In this document: positions 45,278 to 53,136 of the stretch, in pieces | Layout of the letters: each line of letters starts with the position of its first letter | Numbering within the stretch: position 1 is the first letter of the stretch | Assembly: GCA_035529855.1 (NCBI GenBank) | Contig: DATKVX010000044.1 | Coordinates: 12,189 to 76,188 of the forward strand | DNA from: a bacterium | GTDB taxonomy: Bacteria; RBG-13-66-14; B26-G2; WVWN01 | Direction of reading: 5' to 3' | DNA: 64,000 bases | Made by a program: the position numbers and the translations under genes | Notes under the pieces: generated by a model | The model's database searches: none | Seen by the model: the letters and a program-made list of their open reading frames with translations, nothing else | What the model was told of the DNA's origin: nothing

Positions 45278-45352
45278 GGCTTTTTTATCCCCGGCCTATT
45301 ATACTGGATACGACGTTAAGGGAATAATCGAATCCGAAACAGGAGGTCCGTA

Positions 45353-46150
45353 ATGACCAAAGCAACCAGAAAAATCGTCGAAATAGACGAAGGACTTTGC
45401 GACGGCTGCGGCCTGTGCGTTCCGTCCTGCGCCGAGGGCGCCATCCGGATCGTCGACGGCAAGGCCCGGCTGGCGAGCGAAATTTATTGCGACGGCCTGG
45501 GCGCCTGCCTGGGCGAGTGTCCGCAAGGCGCCATTACCCTGGAGGAACGGCCCGCCGAGGAGTTCGACGCCGCCGCGGTGGAAGAACACCTACAAGGGCT
45601 CGGCCGCGAAGGAGGCACGGACCGGCACGAACACGAGGCCGCGGACGCGGCCACCGGGAGCCACACCGCCGACCACACCTTCAGCTGCCCGGGCGCGCGT
45701 ACGATGGTCTTGAAGCCGCGCGAAGACGAAGAGGGCACCGAGGTCGAGGCGACCGTAGAGGAGAAGTTGAAATCGGAACTCGGCCAGTGGCCCGTCAAGC
45801 TCTACCTCGTCGACCCCAACGCGCCGTATTTCCGGGACGCCGAGCTGCTGGTCTCCGCCGATTGCGCCCCCTTGGCCTACGCCGCCTTCCACCCCGACTT
45901 CCTCCGGGGGAAGGCCGTCGTCATCGGTTGCCCCAAGTTCGACGACGTCGCGCTCTACCGCGACAAGCTGACGGCCATACTGCGAGAAAACGACGTCCGC
46001 AAAGTCACGATCCTGCACATGGAAGTGCCCTGCTGCTTCGGCCTGGTCCAGGTGGCGAAGGAGGCGGTCGCGGCCTCGGGCAAGGATATACCCTTCGAGG
46101 ACGTGACGGCGACGATACGGGGCGAGGCAACGTCCGCCGCTGGCGTTTAA
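45353..46150 (+). CDS. 4Fe-4S ferredoxin-domain protein with a C-terminal Cys-containing domain of unknown function
   Basis: CDGCGLCVPSC…CDGLGACLGECP motifs. C-terminal GCPKFDD…EVPCCFG. Confidence 0.55.
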   Translation: MTKATRKIVEIDEGLCDGCGLCVPSCAEGAIRIVDGKARLASEIYCDGLGACLGECPQGAITLEERPAEEFDAAAVEEHLQGLGREGGTDRHEHEAADAATGSHTADHTFSCPGARTMVLKPREDEEGTEVEATVEEKLKSELGQWPVKLYLVDPNAPYFRDAELLVSADCAPLAYAAFHPDFLRGKAVVIGCPKFDDVALYRDKLTAILRENDVRKVTILHMEVPCCFGLVQVAKEAVAASGKDIPFEDVTATIRGEATSAAGV

Positions 46151-46169
46151 CCCCGGCCGAGGGTAACGA

Positions 46170-46200
46170 AAAGCCCGCCGCGACGGCGGGCTTTTTAAAT
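46170..46200. terminator. Bidirectional terminator (AAAAGCCCGCCGcgaCGGCGGGCTTTTT)
   Basis: Perfect hairpin between convergent genes. Confidence 0.8.
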
Positions 46201-46215
46201 CGTCCCTGAAAACCG

Positions 46216-46695
46216 CTACTCCTCGCCGGCAAAGGCGTCAACGAACTTCGCCAGCGCGTCCCTCTTGGCGTCGGCGTCCTCCGTGGGGTCGTAGTACGCC
46301 ACGAGGACGAGCGCGCCGTTGGTCGCGACGGCGAATTCGCGTAGGACGTCCATCGCCAGCAGCTCGGCGTTGCGCTCGGCGCCGTACTCCCGGGCGAGGC
46401 CGTCGTCCGTGAAAGCGAACGCCTCGAGGATCACTTCGGGCCCCGCGCTGCTGTAGACGGCGTGCCACACGCACCCCTCCGGGAATTCGCGCGTGAGGTC
46501 GCCGCGGTTTTCGATGGGAATACCGGCCGACTTGAGCAGCGTCTCCGCGCGCGCCGCCTCCGGGAAGATGAGCTGCGCGGGCCGGGCCGTCTCCGCGACG
46601 GCGGCCTCGTCCCCGCCGGCCTGGCGGCCGTCGCCCTTGCCGCAGGCCGCCGCGATTAAAACGCACGTTACGGTTATGACTGCGAAGTCCCTCAT
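46216..46695 (-). CDS. Hypothetical lipoprotein
   Basis: Lipobox IAAAC-G, 159 aa. Confidence 0.45.
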   Translation of the reverse strand: MRDFAVITVTCVLIAAACGKGDGRQAGGDEAAVAETARPAQLIFPEAARAETLLKSAGIPIENRGDLTREFPEGCVWHAVYSSAGPEVILEAFAFTDDGLAREYGAERNAELLAMDVLREFAVATNGALVLVAYYDPTEDADAKRDALAKFVDAFAGEE

Positions 46696-47186
46696 TTATG
46701 CGCCAACTCCTTTTTAACGTAGGGCACCAGGCCGCCCGCCTCGAGTATGCCGAGCACCTCGGGCGGCAGCGGCGCGAATTCGTACTTCGAGCCGTCCGCG
46801 GCGGTCAGCTCGCCCGTCTCGAAATCAATAGTTATCTCGTCGCCGCCATTTATATATGGTATCGCTTCGGGGGCCGCGACCGTCGGTAGGCCGGCGTTGA
46901 TGGCGTTGCGGAAAAATATCCGCGCGAACGACGCCGCTACCACCGCGGCCACGCCGGCGTACTTCAGGCACAACGCCGCCTGCTCGCGGCTCGAGCCGCA
47001 GCCGAAGTTCTTCCCGGCGACGACGATATCCCCCGGCTTCACGTTCTTCGCGAAACCGGCGTCGAGGTCCTCGAGGGCGTGCGAAGCTATTTCGCCCGGA
47101 TCCGTAACGGTATAGGTGTACCGCCCGGGGAAGATGACGTCGGTGTTGACGTCGTCGCCGTACTTCCAGACCTTACCTTTTATCAT
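46692..47186 (-). CDS. leuD: 3-isopropylmalate/homoaconitate dehydratase small subunit, second copy (type 2)
   Basis: GKNFGCGSSREQAALCL…SFARIFFRNAINAG; 164 aa. Confidence 0.8.
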   Translation of the reverse strand: MIKGKVWKYGDDVNTDVIFPGRYTYTVTDPGEIASHALEDLDAGFAKNVKPGDIVVAGKNFGCGSSREQAALCLKYAGVAAVVAASFARIFFRNAINAGLPTVAAPEAIPYINGGDEITIDFETGELTAADGSKYEFAPLPPEVLGILEAGGLVPYVKKELAHK

Positions 47187-47301
47187 CCCGCTTCCCCCGC
47201 AGCGACAACCACGTCGTCAGCATCACGGCGCCGAGGCCGACGAAGAGCAAAAAGGCCAGGACTACCAAGATAATTACGATTAAAAACACCAACGACTCCA
47301 T
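47173..47301 (-). CDS. Candidate 42-aa hydrophobic micro-protein between leuC and leuD (MESLVFLIVIILVVLAFLLFVGLGAVMLTTWLSLRGKRDDKR)
   Basis: ATG 5 nt after the leuC stop. GC3 is about 80% despite AT-rich first and second codon positions. One predicted TM helix. The stop overlaps the leuD start. Not in the ORF track, which omits ORFs under 60 aa. Confidence 0.35.
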   Translation of the reverse strand: MESLVFLIVIILVVLAFLLFVGLGAVMLTTWLSLRGKRDDKR

Positions 47302-47305
47302 GCCA

Positions 47306-48562
47306 TCACGCCCTTACCGTCCGCGGGTCCGTAATCTTCCCATACAAAGCCGAGGCCGCGGCGGTCGCCGGCGAGCACAGATATACCTCGGCCTCGCTCG
47401 AGCCCATGCGGCCGCGGAAGTTGCGATTGGCGGTCGAGAGGCAGACTTCGCCCGCGGCCAATATCCCCTCGTGGGCGCCAAGGCACGGCCCGCAACCCGG
47501 GTTCATAATTACGCAGCCCGCCGCCGCCAGCGTCGCCAGCGCGCCGATGCCCAACGCCTCCAGGTACGTCGCCCGGCTGGCCGGGAAGACGAGGATCCGC
47601 ACGCCGCGCGCCACGCGCCGGTTCCGCAAGATATCCGCCGCCGCCACCAGGTCGTCGACGCGGCCGTTGGTGCACGTCCCGACCACGACCTGGTCCACGC
47701 GCGTCCCGGCGACCTCCGCAACCGGCACGACGTTATCGACCGTATGCGGACACGCCACCCGGGGCCCGAGGCCGGCGACGTCGTAGCTCAGTACGCGTTC
47801 GTACGCGGCGCCGTCGTCCGGCAAGACTTCGTCGTATTCACGGCGCGCCCGTCCGTCGAGGAAGGCGCGCGTCTTCTCGTCCGGCGCGACGTACGCGTTC
47901 TTGGCCCCCATCTCCGCGGCCATGTTGCACAGCGTCATCCGCCCGGACACCGACGTCGCCGCCGCCGTCGCCCCGGCGAACTCCACCGACCGGTAAAGCG
48001 CGCCGTCCGCGCCCTGGTCGCCGATTATATAAAGGATTAAATCCTTGGGGTAAACGTCGGCGCCGAACTCCCCCGCTACTTCCACCCGCAGCGATTCGGG
48101 GCACCGGAGCCACAGCTTGCCGGTGGCGTAGAGCGCCGCCATCTCGGTCCGCCCGATGCCCGCGGCGAACGCGCCCAATGCGCCGTACGACGTCGTATGG
48201 CTGTCCGCCCCCAGAATCAGTTCGCCCGGCAGCGCGAAGCCCTGCTCCGCGAAGACCTGGTGGCATATCCCCTCGCTTATGTCGAAGAAGTGTTCGATGT
48301 CGTTCGCCGCGACGAATTCCCGGATCTCGAGGTGGTTCCGGGCGTACTTCTCCGACGCCGCGGGGACGCAGTGGTCCAGGACGACGACGGCCTTACCCGG
48401 GTCGGCGACGCGCTTCAGGCCGAACGAGGCGAAGGTCTTCGCGATGGCCGCGGTATTGTCGTGGGAAAGGAGGCGGTCCGGCTCGAGCGTGACGATTTCG
48501 CCGGCGGCCACGGGCCGGCCGGCCTTACGAGAAAATATCTTTTCGGCGAAGCTTTGAGGCAT
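47306..48562 (-). CDS. leuC: 3-isopropylmalate/homoaconitate dehydratase large subunit, second copy (type 2)
   Basis: Aconitase-family motifs (GADSHTTSYGALGAFAAGIG, VGTCTNGR, NPGCGPCLG, STANRNFRGRMG). 418 aa. Confidence 0.8.
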   Translation of the reverse strand: MPQSFAEKIFSRKAGRPVAAGEIVTLEPDRLLSHDNTAAIAKTFASFGLKRVADPGKAVVVLDHCVPAASEKYARNHLEIREFVAANDIEHFFDISEGICHQVFAEQGFALPGELILGADSHTTSYGALGAFAAGIGRTEMAALYATGKLWLRCPESLRVEVAGEFGADVYPKDLILYIIGDQGADGALYRSVEFAGATAAATSVSGRMTLCNMAAEMGAKNAYVAPDEKTRAFLDGRARREYDEVLPDDGAAYERVLSYDVAGLGPRVACPHTVDNVVPVAEVAGTRVDQVVVGTCTNGRVDDLVAAADILRNRRVARGVRILVFPASRATYLEALGIGALATLAAAGCVIMNPGCGPCLGAHEGILAAGEVCLSTANRNFRGRMGSSEAEVYLCSPATAAASALYGKITDPRTVRA

Positions 48563-48623
48563 ATCGGCCTTTACAACTTAAACGGCTTTCCCATGCGGTC
48601 AGGTGTTACCACCTGACCGGAGC

Positions 48624-49160
48624 TCACTTCAATTTAAACGGCTCGAAATTTATAAAGTCCGCGTGGTGTATTATTATGGCCTCCGGCGTCGCCCGGGCGC
48701 CCTCGCCCTCGCGGGCGTGCGTCGCGACGACGTGTACCACCGCCGGCGGCAGGCCGAACTCGTAGGCCAGCGCCGCCCCCGAGAACGGGTGCCGGAGCAT
48801 CCGGCCCAGCTCCGACTTGACGAACGCGCCGCCCTCCTCGCGATACTCCAGCAGCTTGCCGACGTCGTGCAGCAGCGCCCCGGCGAGCAAGTGGTCGCGG
48901 TTTATATCCAGCCGGGAACCGTACGTCTCGGCCACCACGGCCGCGACGGCGGCCGCGCATCGCGTTACGGCGCGGGTGTGCTCGAGGTACGTCGCCGGGC
49001 ACGGCTCGAGCAGCAGCGTGAACGGCATCCGCGCCATATCCTCGGGTTGCCAGCCGCCGCGCTCGAGCGCGGCCTCGTAGGCCGCGACGACCTTACCGCG
49101 CAGCGCGTCGTCTTCTATCTCCGCCAACTCCGGCAGGAGCTCGCTTATTTTTTCTTCCAT
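48624..49160 (-). CDS. HD-domain phosphohydrolase
   Basis: H…HD…D metal-binding pattern (LHDVGK…HHADF). Confidence 0.65.
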   Translation of the reverse strand: MEEKISELLPELAEIEDDALRGKVVAAYEAALERGGWQPEDMARMPFTLLLEPCPATYLEHTRAVTRCAAAVAAVVAETYGSRLDINRDHLLAGALLHDVGKLLEYREEGGAFVKSELGRMLRHPFSGAALAYEFGLPPAVVHVVATHAREGEGARATPEAIIIHHADFINFEPFKLK

Positions 49161-49173
49161 AATGCACCTCGAG

Positions 49174-49950
49174 CTAAGTTAAATGCCTTTCGTCCGGGCC
49201 GTCGTACGCCCACGCCGACGGCTCGAGGCGCCGCATAGGCCGCTCGCGCGCCCGCTCCTCGAGAACGTGCGCCAGCCACCCGGGCATGCGCGCCAGGATG
49301 AAGAAGGCGTTGGCGGCGTACGGCTCGAAACCCAGGTCGAAGAGGCACGCCGCGATGGCGCCGTCGACGTTCAGCGGCAGCGCCTTGCCGGTAACGCTCG
49401 CCAGCGGCGCCTCGAGCGCGCGGACCATCGGAATACCCTCGCGCGCCAGGCCCAGCTCCTCCGCCAGCGCGAAGAGCCGCGCCGCCCGCGGGTCGTCGTC
49501 GTGGAGGCGGTGGCCGAAACCCTCCACCCGCCGGCCCGCCTCGCGGTAGCGTTCCACTATCGCCGCCGCGGCCTCCTCCCGTAAGACGCCCGCCTCCTTC
49601 ATCTCGGCTAGCGCCTCGGCCAGCGCGTTCATACATCCCTCGACCGCGCCGCCGTGGAAGCGGTTGACGGCCAGGACCCCGGAGGCCAACGCGGCGTTGA
49701 CCGGCGCGCCGGTAGAGGCCGCCGTGCGCGCCGCCAGCGTGGACGGCGGCGTTACGCCGTGGTCCACCGACGACACCAGTATGGCGTCGAGCAGCTTCCC
49801 CTCAGCCTCGCCGGGCAGCTCGCCCCGCAGCGCGAGCCATACGACCTCGGCGAAGCTCTTGCGGCCCATCAGCTCCTCGATGGGGTATCCGCGGAGGCGG
49901 ATTTTATTCGGGCCGACGTCGGTGATTGCCGTGTGCCATTTATCAACCAT
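49174..49950 (-). CDS. Short citrate-synthase-family protein (citryl-CoA lyase-like)
   Basis: 258 aa, homologous to the citrate synthase C-terminal catalytic domain (…GFGHRLH…DPRA…, PNVDGAIAA). This is the same size class as citryl-CoA lyase from split ATP-citrate-lyase systems. Confidence 0.55.
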   Translation of the reverse strand: MVDKWHTAITDVGPNKIRLRGYPIEELMGRKSFAEVVWLALRGELPGEAEGKLLDAILVSSVDHGVTPPSTLAARTAASTGAPVNAALASGVLAVNRFHGGAVEGCMNALAEALAEMKEAGVLREEAAAAIVERYREAGRRVEGFGHRLHDDDPRAARLFALAEELGLAREGIPMVRALEAPLASVTGKALPLNVDGAIAACLFDLGFEPYAANAFFILARMPGWLAHVLEERARERPMRRLEPSAWAYDGPDERHLT

Positions 49951-49981
49951 AAAAATCTCCCGTTAACAACGCTATGACCTG

Positions 49982-50290
49982 CTACCCCCGCTCGGGCGAG
50001 TAGACGACGCGGCCTTCGCGCATCGCGTGCTGCACGAGGGGGCTCTCTCTTTTAGCGCGGTTGAACTCCGCGGGCGTGTACACGATCATATTCACCCTTT
50101 CACGGCTCTTGAGTTTTTCTTCGAAATATATCTGGCGCTCCTTGAACGGCAACTCGCTCGGGGCGACGACGATGAGACATATCTTCGAGTCGGCCCGGGC
50201 TTCGCCGCGGGCGACGGCGCCGTGGACGACGACGAACGTCGCCCCCGACATCACGAGGCGCGGGACGAGGAAATTAATCTCGGCCTCCAT
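49982..50290 (-). CDS. Nucleotidyltransferase-domain protein (MNT-like, minimal)
   Basis: 102 aa with GS…h[DE]h-type Pol-beta NTase features. No HEPN partner adjacent. Confidence 0.5.
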   Translation of the reverse strand: MEAEINFLVPRLVMSGATFVVVHGAVARGEARADSKICLIVVAPSELPFKERQIYFEEKLKSRERVNMIVYTPAEFNRAKRESPLVQHAMREGRVVYSPERG

Positions 50291-50351
50291 CTCGCGCTGC
50301 CGCGTTATCTTGGGCTTCTCGGCCGTCGTTCACCTCTTGCCCGGCGGTTAC

Positions 50352-50759
50352 CTACGGGCCGTCGAGTTCGTTTAAAAAGGCTTCCACCCGGGCGCGGATT
50401 TCGTCGCGCGCGCGGCGGTAATCATCCAAGGCCAGGCGGTACGGGTCGTCTATAGGCCAGTGGAGACGTTTGCCCTCGCCCGGGAAGTACGGGCACAACT
50501 CCCGCGCATTATCGCATAGCGTAATAACGTAGTCAAACTCTTCGCCGAGGAATTCGTCGACGCCCTTGGAGCGCTGGTGCGATATGTCCACGCCGGCCTC
50601 CGCCATGACCTCCACCGTCAGCCGCACGACGTCGAAGGGGTTCACGCCGGCGGAGTGGGCCTCGAGGCGGCCCGCGCCCAGGCGGTTCGCCCACCCCTCC
50701 GCCATCTGCGAGCGGCACGAGTTCCCGGTGCAAACGAAAAGTATTTTTATCTTCTTCAT
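50352..50759 (-). CDS. arsC: Low-molecular-weight phosphotyrosine-phosphatase-family arsenate reductase
   Basis: CTGNSCRS P-loop and downstream Cys; 135 aa. Confidence 0.75.
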   Translation of the reverse strand: MKKIKILFVCTGNSCRSQMAEGWANRLGAGRLEAHSAGVNPFDVVRLTVEVMAEAGVDISHQRSKGVDEFLGEEFDYVITLCDNARELCPYFPGEGKRLHWPIDDPYRLALDDYRRARDEIRARVEAFLNELDGP

Positions 50760-50775
50760 CCGACGAGCTGTTCCG

Positions 50776-52230
50776 TTATTTCCCGGGGCCGGGCCGAAAC
50801 CGCAGAAGCCACAGCCGCGCGTCCGCGGCCACGGCGCGCATCATGTGGTGGAAGGGCACCGCCCGCGGTTCCTTCACCCAATACATCGGGAAGTGCGAGA
50901 CCGCGCGTAACACCGTCGTTATCAGGAAGGCGACCTTCATGTCGAGTATTCGCCACCCGCCGAGCGAGACGTAACGCGGCAGCATCGCGACGAACTGGCC
51001 CGAGCCGATGGTCGCGACCAGGCCCCCCGCGCCGGCGACGACGGCGTAGACCGCGACGTAGTTATCCCGCTTGGCCTCCGGGCTCAGGCGGATGATGAGG
51101 TTCGTCGTCGCGACCATAGCCCCGCCCCACATCGCGCCCGACGTGACGGCCTCCAGCCAAACCCACCAGTAAAGGTCCGGCCGCATGAAAACGTACACGA
51201 ACGAGTTAACCGTCGCCATCAGGATAAGGCCCCGGAAAACGGGCTTGTTGCCAAAGCGGTCTATCAGACGACCCCACAGCGCCGCCGTCGCCGCCATCGC
51301 GATTATCAAAAGCGAGTTGTATATCTGAACGGCGGTTAGCGACATGCGCAACACTTCGAGGTAGAACGGCTGCCAGAACGGCGCCCCGAAAGATACGGCG
51401 AACCACCACCATCCGAAGAAATATACCAGGCGGCGGAAGCGGCGGTCGCGGAGGGGCTCGGCCAACGAGCGGAACGAAAAGCGTACGACCGGCGCCGGGC
51501 GGTCGCGCTGCCGCAACAGCAGCAGCGTAGAGGCGAGGCCCGCGACGCCGGCAAAGGCGAATATTATAAAGTAGGCGTACCGTTCTCCCCCCGGGCCCCA
51601 CAGGCCGCCGGCAACGCCGAACAGGCGGCGAAAGAACCCCGTCAGGCCCGTTTCGCCCCCCGGCACGGAAAGGTCTTTAAAAATGCTGGCGGCGAAGGCG
51701 ACGACCAACCCCAGCGCCATCATCAGCTGCGTCCGCTTGCCGAGGAAACGGCCGCGGATGCGCTCCGGGACGACGGCGCCGATCCAGCTCGTCCACACGC
51801 TGGTCATGACGCCGGTGAGAACTTGCGAGGCCAGGAAACAGACGATAAAGACGACGAGCGCCGCCTCCGGCTCGAGCCAAAGCACCACCGCCGGAATGAA
51901 GAAGATTACGCCGCGCGCGGCCGCGCTGGCCGCGACGACCAGCCGACGGCGCGAGCCGCCGAAGAGCGGCAGTAGCACCGGCCCCAATACCTGCGAAAAC
52001 GCAATGACCGGGCCCGCGGCGAAGATCAAGCCGAACGCCCGGCTCCCGGCGCCCAGGCTTAACGCCAGCGCCGTGATGAACGCCGACCAGGCGCCGGCGA
52101 GGTTTAAGAACATCTGGCCGAAGAGGCCCTCGCATACCGAGGCCCGCATGTCCGGTCGGGGCCGTAGTTTGGCTAACGCCGGCGACGCCGGCGTACAAGT
52201 CAAACCATCTCTTCGCTTTTCGTCGCTCAT
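50776..52230 (-). CDS. MFS transporter
   Basis: Twelve predicted TM segments. The N-terminal extent is uncertain; an alternative start is the MRASVCEG… codon. Confidence 0.65.
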   Translation of the reverse strand: MSDEKRRDGLTCTPASPALAKLRPRPDMRASVCEGLFGQMFLNLAGAWSAFITALALSLGAGSRAFGLIFAAGPVIAFSQVLGPVLLPLFGGSRRRLVVAASAAARGVIFFIPAVVLWLEPEAALVVFIVCFLASQVLTGVMTSVWTSWIGAVVPERIRGRFLGKRTQLMMALGLVVAFAASIFKDLSVPGGETGLTGFFRRLFGVAGGLWGPGGERYAYFIIFAFAGVAGLASTLLLLRQRDRPAPVVRFSFRSLAEPLRDRRFRRLVYFFGWWWFAVSFGAPFWQPFYLEVLRMSLTAVQIYNSLLIIAMAATAALWGRLIDRFGNKPVFRGLILMATVNSFVYVFMRPDLYWWVWLEAVTSGAMWGGAMVATTNLIIRLSPEAKRDNYVAVYAVVAGAGGLVATIGSGQFVAMLPRYVSLGGWRILDMKVAFLITTVLRAVSHFPMYWVKEPRAVPFHHMMRAVAADARLWLLRFRPGPGK

Positions 52231-53135
52231 ACCTCGCCCAGGTCCTTCAAGACTCCCAACGCGTACTCGGCTACCTTATCGTAGTCCTCCACGACTATGG
52301 CCCCCGCCTCGCGCAGCGCCTTCACCTTGCCCTCGTACGTGCCGCGGCCGCCCTCGACGATGGCGCCGGCGTGCGAGAAGCGCGTCCCCGCCGTCGCGGC
52401 CTTGCCGCCTATGAACGCCACCACCGGCTTCGTAACCACGCCTTCGGAAATAAGCTCGGCGACCTTCTCTTCCTGGCTGCCGCCTATTTCGCCGAACATC
52501 ACGACGGCCTTGGTGTCGGCATCCTCCTGGAACAACCGAACGACGTCCTGGTGAGGCGTGCCGACGATGGGGTCGCCGCCGACGTGCACGAGAGTGGTCG
52601 CGCCGACGCCCGCCCGGCCGAGGTAGTACGCCAGCGACGACGTTATTCCGCCCGAGCGCGACGAGATGCCGACCGGCCCGGGTTTGAACCACTCCCGCGC
52701 CGACTCGGGCCGGCCGCCGACCATACCCAGCACGGCCTTGTCCACCGAGAGCACGCCCAACGTGTTGGGGCCCACGTAGCGCGCGCCGGCTTCGCGCGCC
52801 GCCGCGTCTATGGCCATCACGTCCCATATCGGTACCCGGTCGGGGACCAGCACGGCCAGCTTGACGCCGCCGGCGAAGGCCTCCAACGCGGCCTCCTTCA
52901 CCGCGGGCCCGGGCACGAAGACGACCGCCGCGTAGATCTCCCCTACCGCCTCGGCCGCCGCGGCCACCGTATCGAAGACCGGGACGCCCTCCACCTCCTC
53001 GCCGCCGTGGCCCGGCGAGACGCCGGCGACAACGTTGGTCCCGTAGCCCTTCATGAGGCGGGTGCGCGCCCGCCCCTCGCGGCCGGTAATGCCGGCGACG
53101 AGGACTTTATCCTCTTTACTTACTAAGATTGACAT
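52227..53135 (-). CDS. Succinyl-CoA synthetase alpha-subunit family protein (CoA-binding; SucD / citryl-CoA-synthetase small-subunit-like)
   Basis: CoA-binding Rossmann N-terminus and the phospho-His loop region (SRSGGITSS…GGD…GEIGG). Confidence 0.7.
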   Translation of the reverse strand: MSILVSKEDKVLVAGITGREGRARTRLMKGYGTNVVAGVSPGHGGEEVEGVPVFDTVAAAAEAVGEIYAAVVFVPGPAVKEAALEAFAGGVKLAVLVPDRVPIWDVMAIDAAAREAGARYVGPNTLGVLSVDKAVLGMVGGRPESAREWFKPGPVGISSRSGGITSSLAYYLGRAGVGATTLVHVGGDPIVGTPHQDVVRLFQEDADTKAVVMFGEIGGSQEEKVAELISEGVVTKPVVAFIGGKAATAGTRFSHAGAIVEGGRGTYEGKVKALREAGAIVVEDYDKVAEYALGVLKDLGEV

Positions 53136-53136
53136 A

